The translations under genes were made by a program, and so were the position numbers. DNA of 59,269 bases, the filler included. It is 4 parts of 4 records of this genome, joined end to end, with 100 filler letters (N's around TTAATTAATTAA, not from the genome) between each part and the next. Parts side by side here need not be neighbours in the genome. Positions count along the whole stretch, not along the records: positions 38,420 to 50,612 come from DRR723986_600; 3 more parts are not named here. The stretch is one strand, 5' to 3'. The notes beneath the pieces were generated by a model that saw only the letters and a list, made by a program, of their open reading frames with translations, did not search any database and had not been told where the DNA came from. Positions 40,304-50,612 of the stretch are shown in pieces; within the stretch, counting starts at the first letter, position 1; each line of letters opens with the position of its first letter.

Positions 40304-40834
40304 GTGGAAGGTTTTATCGGTGAGATTCGAATGTTTGCTGCGAACTTTGCTCCATACGGCTGGATGCAATGTGAAGGGCAACATCTGTCAGTGACGAAGT
40401 ACAACATGCTTTTTGAAGTTATCAAGACTACCTATGGTGGAGATGGAGTTAGCACTTTTGCGCTACCTGACTATCGCGGCCGCGTTCCGAACGGGCGGCA
40501 ATCGAATACGGTGCTGGGTGCTTTGTCGGGTGAGGCAAAGTCCAAGCTCGAGGTTGAGCACATGCCGGCACATTCACATACCGTGCGCTGTTCGGCAAGT
40601 TCAGGAACACAAAATTCACCGGTCGAAAAAGTATGGGCAGTCGGTAAAGTTGACAGCCAAACAGGCAAGGCGCTTGACCACATATTTTCAGACCAGCACA
40701 CGACTGCAGCAATGGCCCAGGAAGCTATTCAGAAGACGGGCGGCAATGACCAGAATGAAACCGTTGCCCATGAAAACACACAACCGAGCTTGGGCATGCA
40801 CTACATAATCTACGTTGGTGGACACTTCGATTAA
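40304..40834 (+). CDS. Tail-collar domain protein 3
   Basis: MEGFIGEIRMFAANFAPYGWMQCEGQ...TTYGGDGVSTFALPDYRGR, MPAHSH, HENTQP. Confidence 0.9.
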   Translation: MEGFIGEIRMFAANFAPYGWMQCEGQHLSVTKYNMLFEVIKTTYGGDGVSTFALPDYRGRVPNGRQSNTVLGALSGEAKSKLEVEHMPAHSHTVRCSASSGTQNSPVEKVWAVGKVDSQTGKALDHIFSDQHTTAAMAQEAIQKTGGNDQNETVAHENTQPSLGMHYIIYVGGHFD

Positions 40835-40845
40835 CAGCAATTCCA

Positions 40846-40889
40846 GCGCCCTGACATGTAGTGTTTAACACCTAAACAGGTTGGGGCGC
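40846..40889. terminator. Imperfect long hairpin between convergent genes
   Basis: GCGCCCTGACATGT...ACAGGTTGGGGCGC; lacks a clear U-tract. Confidence 0.4.
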
Positions 40890-40933
40890 ATGATTGTAAT
40901 GCGGAGTTGTTTTCGGGACTTTTGCCTGGGCTT

Positions 40934-42337
40934 TTATTTTGCAACAGCGGGAGCGGAAGCCACAGAGCGAGAAGACAGTCCAAAGATCAGGTAAGCCACC
41001 ACGGACGCGGCCAGTGAAAAAGTATAACTGTAGGGCAGATGAAAAACGTATTCAGCCAGGCCATAGCTGACAATCCCTGTTAACAAACAGGCGATAGCAC
41101 TGGCCTCGCGCCCGTACTTAGTGAATAGTGCAAACAGGATCACAACCAAGACACCCGAACTGCCAAAGGCCGAAGCCTCTTCGACCAGGCTGTAAATTCC
41201 CTCGGAACCCAGCGCCAGGAACAGTGCGGACGCACCAAAAATTGCGACACCCCAGCGCTCGATTCGCACCTTGGCGGCTTCCGTCATTTTGGGCCGCATC
41301 GGAATCACGATGTTTTTAGAGATCAGCGCCGTGGCCGCCAGTAAAGCGCTGTCAACCGTCGAAAGTATCGCGGAGACCAGTGCGCCGGCAAAGACGATAT
41401 ACAAAACAGTCGGCAGGTACTGCCCCGCCAGGCGCGGCAGAATTTGTTCGGAATTTTCGAGGCCCGGCAGCAGATGTGGTCCGGCCAGACCCAGTGTTAA
41501 GGGAATCAGTCCAATCAGCAGATACATGCTGCCGGCCACCAGGCTGGAGCGCCTGGCGATCTTTGGTGAACGCGAAGCCACCACACGTGATACCAATTCC
41601 TGCGCCACAAGTGAGCCGCAGATTGGAACGGCCCAGGACTCGATAATACTGAGCGCCGCCCAGTCGCTCTTCCAGGTTGCATCGCTCACAAATTGCAGGC
41701 GCTCTGGTTCGATAACAGCAAACAGAGAAGAGACACCACCAACATCGGCAACGATGACGGCAGCCAGAATTACGAGGCCGATGATTAAAACACCGCCCTG
41801 CAGGAAGTCCGTCATCGCATCGGCCAGCAGGCCGCCGCTGACGGTATAAATTATTACGACCGTAGTTGCGATCAGAATTGCAGCTGTTAATGTTAAGTCG
41901 GAAACCGAGGAGAGCACTTGCCCAAAGGCGCGAATCTGCGCGCCGGCCCAGATCACGGACGTCGGTGCAATTATCAGAGCCGCGACGCGCTCGGCACGCA
42001 CGGTAAAACGCTGGCGCACCAAATCGGCAATGGTTGTGATGCCGCGTTTCCAGAAAGGCACGGCAAGCAGAAGTCCCATCAGCAGCAGACAGAGACTGTA
42101 GCCGAAGGGATCGGCCGTTACGCCGGAGAGACCTTCGTCATATGCGACTCCGGCGGTACCGATGCAGGTCTCAGCTCCAAACCAGGTTCCGAAAATCGAA
42201 AAGATGGCGAGTGGGTAGCCCAGATTGCGCCCGGCAAGCAGGTAGTCGTCTTCGGTTTTTACGCGACGCGACACCCAGAAGCCGAAGACCAGCTGGAGCA
42301 GGACATAAGACATTACGCCGATCAGAACGACATTCAT
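40934..42337 (-). CDS. Sodium:solute symporter (SSS) family protein
   Basis: DYLLAGRNLG, TWFGAET, YTVSGGL.A..TDFLQ, SAILSTVDSALL; about 13 TM segments. Confidence 0.92.
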   Translation of the reverse strand: MNVVLIGVMSYVLLQLVFGFWVSRRVKTEDDYLLAGRNLGYPLAIFSIFGTWFGAETCIGTAGVAYDEGLSGVTADPFGYSLCLLLMGLLLAVPFWKRGITTIADLVRQRFTVRAERVAALIIAPTSVIWAGAQIRAFGQVLSSVSDLTLTAAILIATTVVIIYTVSGGLLADAMTDFLQGGVLIIGLVILAAVIVADVGGVSSLFAVIEPERLQFVSDATWKSDWAALSIIESWAVPICGSLVAQELVSRVVASRSPKIARRSSLVAGSMYLLIGLIPLTLGLAGPHLLPGLENSEQILPRLAGQYLPTVLYIVFAGALVSAILSTVDSALLAATALISKNIVIPMRPKMTEAAKVRIERWGVAIFGASALFLALGSEGIYSLVEEASAFGSSGVLVVILFALFTKYGREASAIACLLTGIVSYGLAEYVFHLPYSYTFSLAASVVAYLIFGLSSRSVASAPAVAK

Positions 42338-42390
42338 GTACGCTTTAAGGTCAAACAGTTTGACAAAATGACCGGCTGAAGATGCAAAAT

Positions 42391-43674
42391 TTAGAGATAT
42401 GCGCCTAAAAGTGGACTGATTTCGCCGAATTGCCAGTCGAGCGAAATGCCGACCCAGTCGGCGTAATACCAGGCGTCATCCAGGGTTTCGGCGAGTGTCA
42501 AGCGTGCGGCGAGGCTGACTCCAGCGCGGGCGCCGTCAATCGTCTGGCGCAGATTTAGCTCCAGAAATTGGCTGAAGTCGCGCAGATTAAGCGTCGTAAA
42601 TGCACTGGCATTCAGTCCGGCCCGGACATCAATTTCGGCGCCGAAACTCGCATAATGTCGATCCAAAAAAGGCAAACGCCCGGCGAGCACAGCCGCTAGG
42701 TTGTATGCCGAGCGATCGACGGCACCGGCACTGTTGTATATGTACTTTAGGTGCAGCCCGGGCCCAAGCCGGTGACTGGCGTACTCCAACTCAAAATACC
42801 TGCCGATGTCCGCCGCCGCCTCGTGGTCTTCGAGGCGTATGGTCGTGCTTATTGAACTAAGACTATCCAGAAAATAGCTGGCATCGAAGACAAATGAGCT
42901 TACATGGTCAAACCAGCCAAGCCGTGACTCCGTAATTAATCTGATTGGCGCAATTGACGCAGTGTCAAAAGTGAAGTAGGTAAGATTAAACAGTTCAGCC
43001 CCCCAACCGCGCCTGTGGTCGTAAGCCGTGCGTACTGTTCCGAGGATATTTTCCCAGGGCCTAAAACTAAATTCGGCACCGTCCTGAAAAGCCGCGTGCT
43101 GCGCAGCGCGGTGCAGTGGTAACCGAATCTGCGTAATTCCCGCCAGGTTCCAGGTCTTGAAATTCGGCTTCTGCCGCATTTCAAGCCGACCAAAACGAAA
43201 ATAGGCTGACTTAAACTGATAGAGCAAATTCACTTTGCCGATTTGTGCGAGCAGATACAACTCTTCGTTTATCTGCTTGGGCTCGAAGTCTGAATCAAAT
43301 GCCTGTAATTTCGCATACGATTGTTCGCCGAGTACCTGTCCACCACCGCGGCGATAGTCCAAAAACAGGTCAGCAGAAGCCGCGAACATCCAATGCGAGC
43401 CAAACTTCTGTCCGTAGTTTACTCGACTACCAAACACTGTCCGTGGCCCTTGACCGCGGTGTCCCAGTACACGAGCAATCTCGGGGTTGCGCCACATGTA
43501 GTCCTGGGCAAAACCAAAATTTGCCGTCAGGTATCCAGAAGGAATCTGTCTGCTGCGCAGGTGTGGCGGAATATCGGCGGCAGTGGCTGTGGCAGCCGTA
43601 CAACACGCGCCGGCGAGCAGAGCAAAACTGAATAGTACCGAGCAGCGCAGGCCACAGTATTGCCTCAAACTCAC
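42391..43674 (-). CDS. Exported hypothetical protein, possible outer-membrane beta-barrel
   Basis: 427-aa ORF with an N-terminal hydrophobic signal and aromatic-rich alternating segments; start overlaps the upstream stop (GTGA). Confidence 0.6.
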   Translation of the reverse strand: MSLRQYCGLRCSVLFSFALLAGACCTAATATAADIPPHLRSRQIPSGYLTANFGFAQDYMWRNPEIARVLGHRGQGPRTVFGSRVNYGQKFGSHWMFAASADLFLDYRRGGGQVLGEQSYAKLQAFDSDFEPKQINEELYLLAQIGKVNLLYQFKSAYFRFGRLEMRQKPNFKTWNLAGITQIRLPLHRAAQHAAFQDGAEFSFRPWENILGTVRTAYDHRRGWGAELFNLTYFTFDTASIAPIRLITESRLGWFDHVSSFVFDASYFLDSLSSISTTIRLEDHEAAADIGRYFELEYASHRLGPGLHLKYIYNSAGAVDRSAYNLAAVLAGRLPFLDRHYASFGAEIDVRAGLNASAFTTLNLRDFSQFLELNLRQTIDGARAGVSLAARLTLAETLDDAWYYADWVGISLDWQFGEISPLLGAYL

Positions 43675-44891
43675 GCCTCCGGCCGCGCGTTTGCGAGATC
43701 CCAGTCGGCATTGCGGCGCGCGGCCACTGGCCAGCGCAGCAGCGTTTTTCCTTCGCGTACCAGGTGATAACTGGGGCCGAGGTTGGCAGCGGCGCAGGCA
43801 TGATTCGGGATGACGGCAAGCAGCATGCCGACGCGCCAGTTGATACCGGCGCTGCGTTCTACAAATCCATGCTCCTCAGAGAGGCGCAGCACAGCAGCAG
43901 TGTTTGCATAGTCGCCCTGCAGATGCGCAGCCAATGGAACCGCCAGTCCAAAACCCGACAGATTGCCGCTGCCATGTGCGCCCTGATCGCTGCTAAGCGC
44001 CTTGGAGCCGGCATCAACGATCACCTGGTTTGGGCGCAGCGACACGACGCGTGTGAGCACGGCGAGCGCGCAGTTTGCGAGGCTGGAGACTCCGAGACTC
44101 GTCATTGTCAGGTCTTGAAACACGTAGTTTCCAGGGCGGATCTCGTCTATGCCATCGAAGTTTTCCTGCACCAGGAGTGTAGGTGTGGAGCCGACCGAGA
44201 CTTGTAGCTTAGCGGCGCGCGCGGTGCCAGTTGCCTCACAAACTGCCTGGCACTTTTGCCGGAAGCCTGACATTGTAGTTCGTTCAGTTTCGGCAATGGT
44301 TTTAATCTCCTCGACACTCGTGGCGGCATAGGCATGCCCGGCATGTGACATGAGACCAATGAGCTTCAGCCTGTCGGCGGCCAGAATCCTGCGCACCAGG
44401 TCCAGCGCTGCAGGATCGGAAGGATCGATGCCACAGCGGCCGAGCCCGACGTCGACTTTCAGGTAAACATCCAACTGCAACTGCATCTCGGCCGCTACAG
44501 CCTGAGCGGCGGCAAGATTTTCAGCCCCATCAATGGTCAGAATCAGGTGGGCATTATACTGCCGCGCAGTTTGCAGGATCAGGCGCAACGAATCTTTGTG
44601 GATTTGCGGGTAGCCCAGCAGAATTGAATCGATGCCTGCCATGATAAATGCCTGGGCTTCATCGATGGTCGCGACGGTCAGGCCGCAAGCTCCAGCCTTG
44701 AGCTGTTTAAGTGCAATTGCGGGGCTCTTGTGTGTTTTGGCGTGAGGACGCAAGCGTACTCCGGCCTGCGCGGCTTTGTGAGCCATGGAATTGATATTGG
44801 CATTCATCCGGACTTCATCGATGTACAAAGCCGGGGTGCGAAAACTCTGAATGTGATTAGCTTCTGCTATGTCGGAGGCTGATTCGCGCAT
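43671..44891 (-). CDS. D-threonine aldolase/D-serine dehydratase family PLP enzyme (alanine racemase fold)
   Basis: TPALYID, LRPHAKTHKS (PLP Lys), HAGHAY, GSTPT, EIRPGNYVF.D, DAGSK.LSSD, LSEEHG, PNHAC; start uncertain. Confidence 0.88.
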   Translation of the reverse strand: MRESASDIAEANHIQSFRTPALYIDEVRMNANINSMAHKAAQAGVRLRPHAKTHKSPAIALKQLKAGACGLTVATIDEAQAFIMAGIDSILLGYPQIHKDSLRLILQTARQYNAHLILTIDGAENLAAAQAVAAEMQLQLDVYLKVDVGLGRCGIDPSDPAALDLVRRILAADRLKLIGLMSHAGHAYAATSVEEIKTIAETERTTMSGFRQKCQAVCEATGTARAAKLQVSVGSTPTLLVQENFDGIDEIRPGNYVFQDLTMTSLGVSSLANCALAVLTRVVSLRPNQVIVDAGSKALSSDQGAHGSGNLSGFGLAVPLAAHLQGDYANTAAVLRLSEEHGFVERSAGINWRVGMLLAVIPNHACAAANLGPSYHLVREGKTLLRWPVAARRNADWDLANARPEA

Positions 44892-45130
44892 AGAGTATCT
44901 CGACGTTGCAGCAACATAGCGGCCCTGGCTGCGGTACAAACAAGAAGGATTTAAAGTAGGCCTTCAAAGTACAAAATATGCGGCAGCTGAATGCACGCAG
45001 CTTGTAGGCAAAAATGTAGCCCAAAACAGAAATGCTTCGCGCCTTTAGGACACGGATGCATGTTGCTTTAATGATGAGTGAGATCTGGAAACAAGGTTTC
45101 TGTAGTACATCGCGCTAACAGCAGGAACGG

Positions 45131-47500
45131 CTAGCGTGAAATAATGACCGGCGTTGTGACGCGCTGCCCTCCTTTTTCGACGACCAGATAGTACATGCCC
45201 TGCGAAATGTTCTGCACGTCGAATATGAACTCGCCCGATTCGCGCATGCCATGCTCACTCAATTCGGTATTGTAGGGCCGATAGCGGCCTTCACCAACAC
45301 GGGTACCAAGAGAGCTGAGCAGGTATGAAACTTCGTCAACTACCACGGTCGTTTCAGCCGTTTTTTCAACTGGGACACGCAGCTCATTTTTGGCTGGGTT
45401 GGGGTAGGGAAACTGGATAGCGAGCTGCCCAGCATCACCTTCGGCGGTATTGGCACTCACGATCACACCGCAATTGCTTACTCCGGAGAGGAATTGCGGC
45501 ACGCCGGCACTTTCGAGCGGAATCAGCGGAAAACAGGCTTCGGGAAAAACAATCGAATCGCGGAACTCACCTAGTTGCTGCGGCGAAAAACAGACGCGCA
45601 TACGCCGCGTTTCACCAGGCATAATGACAAATGGGAATTGACTGCGCGGCACCGAAAATTCGATGTTATACAGCAGCAGAATTTCGTTAAAGGTAAAAGC
45701 ATCCGAATCTGAAATATTGGTGAATTCGAGTTCGCCGCAGACGATATCGAGTGGTTTTTGTTCGGTAAAACGCATGACTCCGTCATCGCTGATTGCGCTG
45801 AGCTGCAGGTTTTCAACGTCGGGACGAATCGTTATTAGAACTTCGTCCGAGCCGCCGCGGCAGCCGTAGACATCTTCGACTTGCACAGAATAGAGGCCAC
45901 CGTCACCAACGGTAATCGAACGCGAGGTAGCTCCGTTGGACCAGAGATAGGAGTCGAATTCCTGCTCTACGGTGAGCGTGATGGTTTCATCAGCGCAGAT
46001 AAATGGCACGCTGCTGAGCAGGATTGTCGGCGCAGGATCGGGAATTTCGATGACTTCAAAAGGATCACTGCGTTTTACGCAGCCGTTGGGCGCTGTGAGC
46101 GTGACGACATAAACACCGGCATCGCTGACGGTAATTGACTGCGTCTGTTCGCCGTTGGACCAAACGTAAGAATCCATGCCGTCGGGCGAGGCCGTCAGCA
46201 CGATTGACTCGCCGGAGCAGAGGAAAGCATCCTCGTTCGGGTCTGTCAGGATTTCGGCTACGGGCGCAGGACGCAGAGTTACTTCGACTGTCCCAGAGAT
46301 TGCACTCTGGCAGAACAGATCGTCAAAGACTTCAACCTGATAGACTCCAGGCTCGGAGACTTCAATGCTGCGCGTATTTTGGCCTGTAGTCCACTGATAG
46401 AAACCAAAGCCGTCGTCGGCAGTCAGCGTGACGGTCTCTCCCGCGCACAAATCAACCGTACCCAGGATTGCAATGTTCGGCACGGGTAGATCAACCAAAT
46501 CCCAACGATAGATTCCCTGCCCAACGACCCAGCCGCGACGTTCATTAATGAAGGTGATGTCATCAAGATCACCCGCCTGAATTCCACAGTCACGCGGCAC
46601 CCAGTTTTCCCCAGCATCATTGGTATACCAAACGGAAGCATTACTGCCGCATGACCAGCCGCTGGTTTCACTTTCCAGGTATGTGCCGAATTGCTGGTTG
46701 GGTACAACTTCTTGAATCCAGGTGCGCGCGCCATCTGTTGAAAAACGCATGCCGCCCGAATTTCCGCCGCCGGAACAATCTTGACCGGACACTGGAACCA
46801 AATAGGAATCGTTCAGATTTGTCAGTTCTTCATGCCAGAAAAATTCCCCCGTCTGCGAGAGAAATCGCCAGGAGTCTCCGCCATCATTAGATTCGTAGAT
46901 GGCACCACTGCCAACGGCCAGGCATAATCCATTGGGATCAAAAATAATTGCATCAGAAAGTCCGGATGGAATCCCAAGGTTGGTTTGGGCCTGCGTCCAG
47001 GTATCGCCGCCGTCGCGTGTTCTGTAGAAACGCTGAGGTTCGTCTGCCAGACATCCCGAACCAACGACGATGCCTTCCAGTTCGTCAAAAAAGAACAGGC
47101 CCCACTGATCCTGTAGATCCGGTATGAACAATCTGCGCCACGTGGCGCCACCGTCAGTTGACTTGAATACACCGTAGGGCCCACTGCAATAACCGACATC
47201 CCGCGTAGGAAACATGATACTTTCCAGGTGAAACTGACGCGGTTGAAAGGTATTCGCTCCAGGAACGCGCGAGCCTTGCCAGGTCTCACCGCCGTCAGTC
47301 GTACGCAGCGTACTACCGGCAAATCCACAAATCCAGATGAAGTTGGGATCATCTTCCAGCACAAAAACATCCAGGTAGTGGATGTCTTCATAACTATCCG
47401 GGAGATTGGTGATCCGCTCCCATTGTGCTTCGGCGGGCAAGACATGTAATAACAGTAATGCTACCGGTAAAACTATCCAGCGGTATCCGGTCAATCGCAT
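45131..47500 (-). CDS. Secreted YCF48/BNR beta-propeller + Ig-repeat protein with T9SS-type C-terminal domain
   Basis: Signal peptide, repeated T.DGG.TW Asp-boxes, three Y.W.(N/T)G..(T/S).SI.V...G.Y.V modules, C-terminal YPNP...GMYYLVV. Confidence 0.8.
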   Translation of the reverse strand: MRLTGYRWIVLPVALLLLHVLPAEAQWERITNLPDSYEDIHYLDVFVLEDDPNFIWICGFAGSTLRTTDGGETWQGSRVPGANTFQPRQFHLESIMFPTRDVGYCSGPYGVFKSTDGGATWRRLFIPDLQDQWGLFFFDELEGIVVGSGCLADEPQRFYRTRDGGDTWTQAQTNLGIPSGLSDAIIFDPNGLCLAVGSGAIYESNDGGDSWRFLSQTGEFFWHEELTNLNDSYLVPVSGQDCSGGGNSGGMRFSTDGARTWIQEVVPNQQFGTYLESETSGWSCGSNASVWYTNDAGENWVPRDCGIQAGDLDDITFINERRGWVVGQGIYRWDLVDLPVPNIAILGTVDLCAGETVTLTADDGFGFYQWTTGQNTRSIEVSEPGVYQVEVFDDLFCQSAISGTVEVTLRPAPVAEILTDPNEDAFLCSGESIVLTASPDGMDSYVWSNGEQTQSITVSDAGVYVVTLTAPNGCVKRSDPFEVIEIPDPAPTILLSSVPFICADETITLTVEQEFDSYLWSNGATSRSITVGDGGLYSVQVEDVYGCRGGSDEVLITIRPDVENLQLSAISDDGVMRFTEQKPLDIVCGELEFTNISDSDAFTFNEILLLYNIEFSVPRSQFPFVIMPGETRRMRVCFSPQQLGEFRDSIVFPEACFPLIPLESAGVPQFLSGVSNCGVIVSANTAEGDAGQLAIQFPYPNPAKNELRVPVEKTAETTVVVDEVSYLLSSLGTRVGEGRYRPYNTELSEHGMRESGEFIFDVQNISQGMYYLVVEKGGQRVTTPVIISR

Positions 47501-48017
47501 ATATAATCCTTGCGGCTCATGTTTTTTTCGGCTCGGGGAGTGCGCCGGAATGGAATTTGTGTTGCTCGTGGCTTTTTACCAAACAAATTCGCGTCACTTT
47601 TTGACTCTTATGTCTACTGAAAGTTACAGGATGACGCATGTTCGGTCCAGAAGGTCTCACATGCAGAATCGGCATTCCAGTATCTTCAGTCTGATAAGCG
47701 TTCGGCAGACGGCCGCGGCACACAAGAGCGACAGAGCGCATACTGCCGCCAAACTGCCTCAATCAAACCGCAGAACGTCGCTTGGTTGCAGGACTGCGGC
47801 ACAGTTTTTACGCAGCAAATTCACTTGCGGGCTGTGTGAATGGTTTTGCGGCTGGCGCCCACGCGAATCTGCGTCAAAAACGATTGGCTGCGCGCAATAG
47901 TTTAGTCTTGTGCAGGAATCCCGCGGGCCGGCATTAGCGAGGCATTACCGGCCCCAGGAATGAACAATGCGGATGAACATTGTGGAAGAACTATGCAGAA
48001 GCGCTCCGGGCGCTGTA

Positions 48018-50144
48018 TCAATGCTCGGCTTCGGCCAGATTGGCCTGCATCAATTCGGCCTGCACATCATGCGGCACCGGACCGTAGTGGTCAAAGTCGC
48101 CGCTAAACGTAGCCCGGCCCTGCGTCATCGAGCGCAAAGCCGTTGAGTAACCATCCATCTCAGCCTGTGGGATGTTAGCCTGGACGCGTTGATAATGGCC
48201 GTCGGTCTCGATTCCCTGAATAATTGCGCGGCGCGACGGCAGGTCACTCATCACGTCACCCACAAACTCTGCGGGCACAACAACTTCGATCTTAAAGATG
48301 GGTTCCAGCAGCTTGGGGTCACCTTCCATAAATGCTTCGCGGAAGGCCATCAGCGCGGCGGTCTTGAAGGCGGCCTCGTTGGAGTCAACCGAGTGCATAC
48401 TGCCGTCGTAGACGCTGACGCGCACATCGCGCACAAAACAGCCCGTCAGCGGCCCGTTACCCATTTTCTCCATAATGCCTTTCAGGATAGCGGGCATGAA
48501 GCGCGTATCAATCACACCGCCAACGATGCAATTCTGGTAAATCAACTTGCCGCCCCAGTCCAGTTCGATCTCTTCGGTGCCGCGCACGTTAACACCTTGA
48601 GTGGCGGGCATGCCTTCGCTGTAGGGCTCAATCAGCATGTGGACTTCACCATACTGCCCGGCGCCGCCGGTTTGTTTTTTGTGGCGGTATTGGCTGCGGG
48701 CGGGGCGTTGGATTGTCTCGCGATAGGAAATGCGCGGCTTGATGAATTCGGCTTTGACGCCAAACCTGTGCTCAAGGCTCCACTTTGCGACGGTCAGATG
48801 CAGTTCACCCTGCCCGTGGATGATCGTCTGACGCAACTCCTGCGAATGTTCGATTATCAGAGTAGGGTCTTCTTCATGCAGCTTGTGCAGGGCCTGCGCC
48901 AGTTTTTCATCATCGCGATTATTGAGCGGCACTACGGCCGTACGAATTTTTGAGCGCGGATATTCAATCGGAGGCACGGCCAGCTCCGAGCCTTTTTCAT
49001 GCAGCGAATTATTCGCATGTGTATTCTTGAGTTTGACCGTCGCGCCAATGTCGCCGGCTTTGAGCTGCTGAACTTCTTCGCGTTTTTTGCCGTTGACTGC
49101 ATATAAATGCGCAAAACGCTCAGCGGCGCCGGTGTCGGCATTCTGCAGGTCCTGCCCGGCGTGCAAGGTTCCCGAGAGCACACGGAAATAACTCATCTCA
49201 CCCACGTGCGGCTCGGACAGGGTTTTGTACACGAATGTGACGAGCGGCCCTGCGGGATCACAGGCCAGCTGTGTGCCGTTGGTGGTGGTCTGTGGATCCA
49301 GATCGATCGGCGCGGGTGCAACGTTGTCAATAAATCCCATGAGGCGGCCGCTGCCCATATTGCGTTCGGCACTCAGGCAGAACAGCGGAAAGAGTTGGTG
49401 ATTGATCATCGCCTTTTTGAGTCCCTGGCGCATTTCATCCTCATCCAGGCTGCCTTTCTCAAAGTACAGCTCCATCAAACCTTCGTCGTTTTCGGCAATC
49501 GCTTCAATCAGGTCATTGTGCAGCTGGTCGGCCTTCTCTTTTTCGGAATCAGGAATCGGCAGTTTTTCGGGTTTGCCGCCTTCGGGTGGAAAACGATAGG
49601 CGGTCATTTTAAGCACGTCTACAATCATGTTAAAGTCACGCCCTTCGTTGAGCGGGTACTGCACCACCGTCACTGCGCGACCAAATCTGTCGACGGCCTG
49701 CGCTACGGTTTTGTCAAAGTCAGATTTTTCGTGATCTACTTTGTTGACAACGATTATCATTGGGGTTTTGAACTTCTCGGTGTACTTCCAAATAAGTTCG
49801 GTACCGACCTGCACACCATCGGGCGAGCTCAACACCATTATGCCTGTGCCGACTACGCGTAGGGCCGAAATCACTTCGCCCACAAAATCATCATACCCCG
49901 GGGTGTCTATAATATTGATTTTATAGTCGCGCCAATCCACATGCATCAGCGTCCCAAAAACTGAGTTCTCGCGTTCGTGTTCTACTTCGTGGTAATCGGA
50001 GATGGTGTTTTTCTGTTCAACGGATCCGCGCCGCGATATCGCTCCGGCTTCAAACAACATGGTCTCGGTCAGCGTGGTTTTACCTGACCCGGAATGGCCC
50101 AAGAGGGCTACGTTCCTGATGCGCGCGCTTTCAAATACTTTCAT
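48018..50144 (-). CDS. Elongation factor G paralog (EF-G2 type)
   Basis: GHSGSGKTT, DTPGYDDF, NKVD, EEDPT, GQGELHL, YRETI, KKQTGGAGQYG, HSVDS; no rpsL/rpsG/tuf context. Confidence 0.93.
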   Translation of the reverse strand: MKVFESARIRNVALLGHSGSGKTTLTETMLFEAGAISRRGSVEQKNTISDYHEVEHERENSVFGTLMHVDWRDYKINIIDTPGYDDFVGEVISALRVVGTGIMVLSSPDGVQVGTELIWKYTEKFKTPMIIVVNKVDHEKSDFDKTVAQAVDRFGRAVTVVQYPLNEGRDFNMIVDVLKMTAYRFPPEGGKPEKLPIPDSEKEKADQLHNDLIEAIAENDEGLMELYFEKGSLDEDEMRQGLKKAMINHQLFPLFCLSAERNMGSGRLMGFIDNVAPAPIDLDPQTTTNGTQLACDPAGPLVTFVYKTLSEPHVGEMSYFRVLSGTLHAGQDLQNADTGAAERFAHLYAVNGKKREEVQQLKAGDIGATVKLKNTHANNSLHEKGSELAVPPIEYPRSKIRTAVVPLNNRDDEKLAQALHKLHEEDPTLIIEHSQELRQTIIHGQGELHLTVAKWSLEHRFGVKAEFIKPRISYRETIQRPARSQYRHKKQTGGAGQYGEVHMLIEPYSEGMPATQGVNVRGTEEIELDWGGKLIYQNCIVGGVIDTRFMPAILKGIMEKMGNGPLTGCFVRDVRVSVYDGSMHSVDSNEAAFKTAALMAFREAFMEGDPKLLEPIFKIEVVVPAEFVGDVMSDLPSRRAIIQGIETDGHYQRVQANIPQAEMDGYSTALRSMTQGRATFSGDFDHYGPVPHDVQAELMQANLAEAEH

Positions 50145-50612
50145 AGTATACCCCGTGCTGGATTGTCAAAAATTGAGGATCAAACTTGAAGGTCGGAACT
50201 TTGGGCAGTCAACATCACGAGCTTAGCCGACGGGCGGTCGATTCGGATAGCCGGTTTGCAGGCCGGGGCCTGGCCGGATCGTAGAATGTGCTTAGAGCTG
50301 ATGCACCGATTAATTGGAAGCGGTCACATCTAATTAGCAGTGTAAATGCGGCTACGGGAACCGCGTGCCTCTAGAGGAAGGATCAGATTGGCGTTGGAGG
50401 CATGTCTCCAAAAAATATCCAATTGGCGGCAAAAGCCAAATTTTTCTTGCAGCTGAGTCTGTTGGCGGATTCTGACTTCACGAATCATTCACATGGCGGG
50501 CCTGGCTTGGTCCTTCCAGGGACCTTGCTTAGAGCGCTTCGCCCCCGGTTTTGAGCTTTGATGCTGCGCATTGCGGGTAGGTAGTTTGGTGGCTTGCTGT
50601 TTCTTTTTGTTA

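Noticed and set aside
39026..40834. Prophage or tailocin
   Set aside because: No capsid, terminase, sheath, baseplate, lysis or integrase genes are present on the contig.
50145..50612. Possible ncRNA in the long region upstream of EF-G2
   Set aside because: No tRNA, tmRNA, SRP or riboswitch signature and no convincing long stem was recognised.
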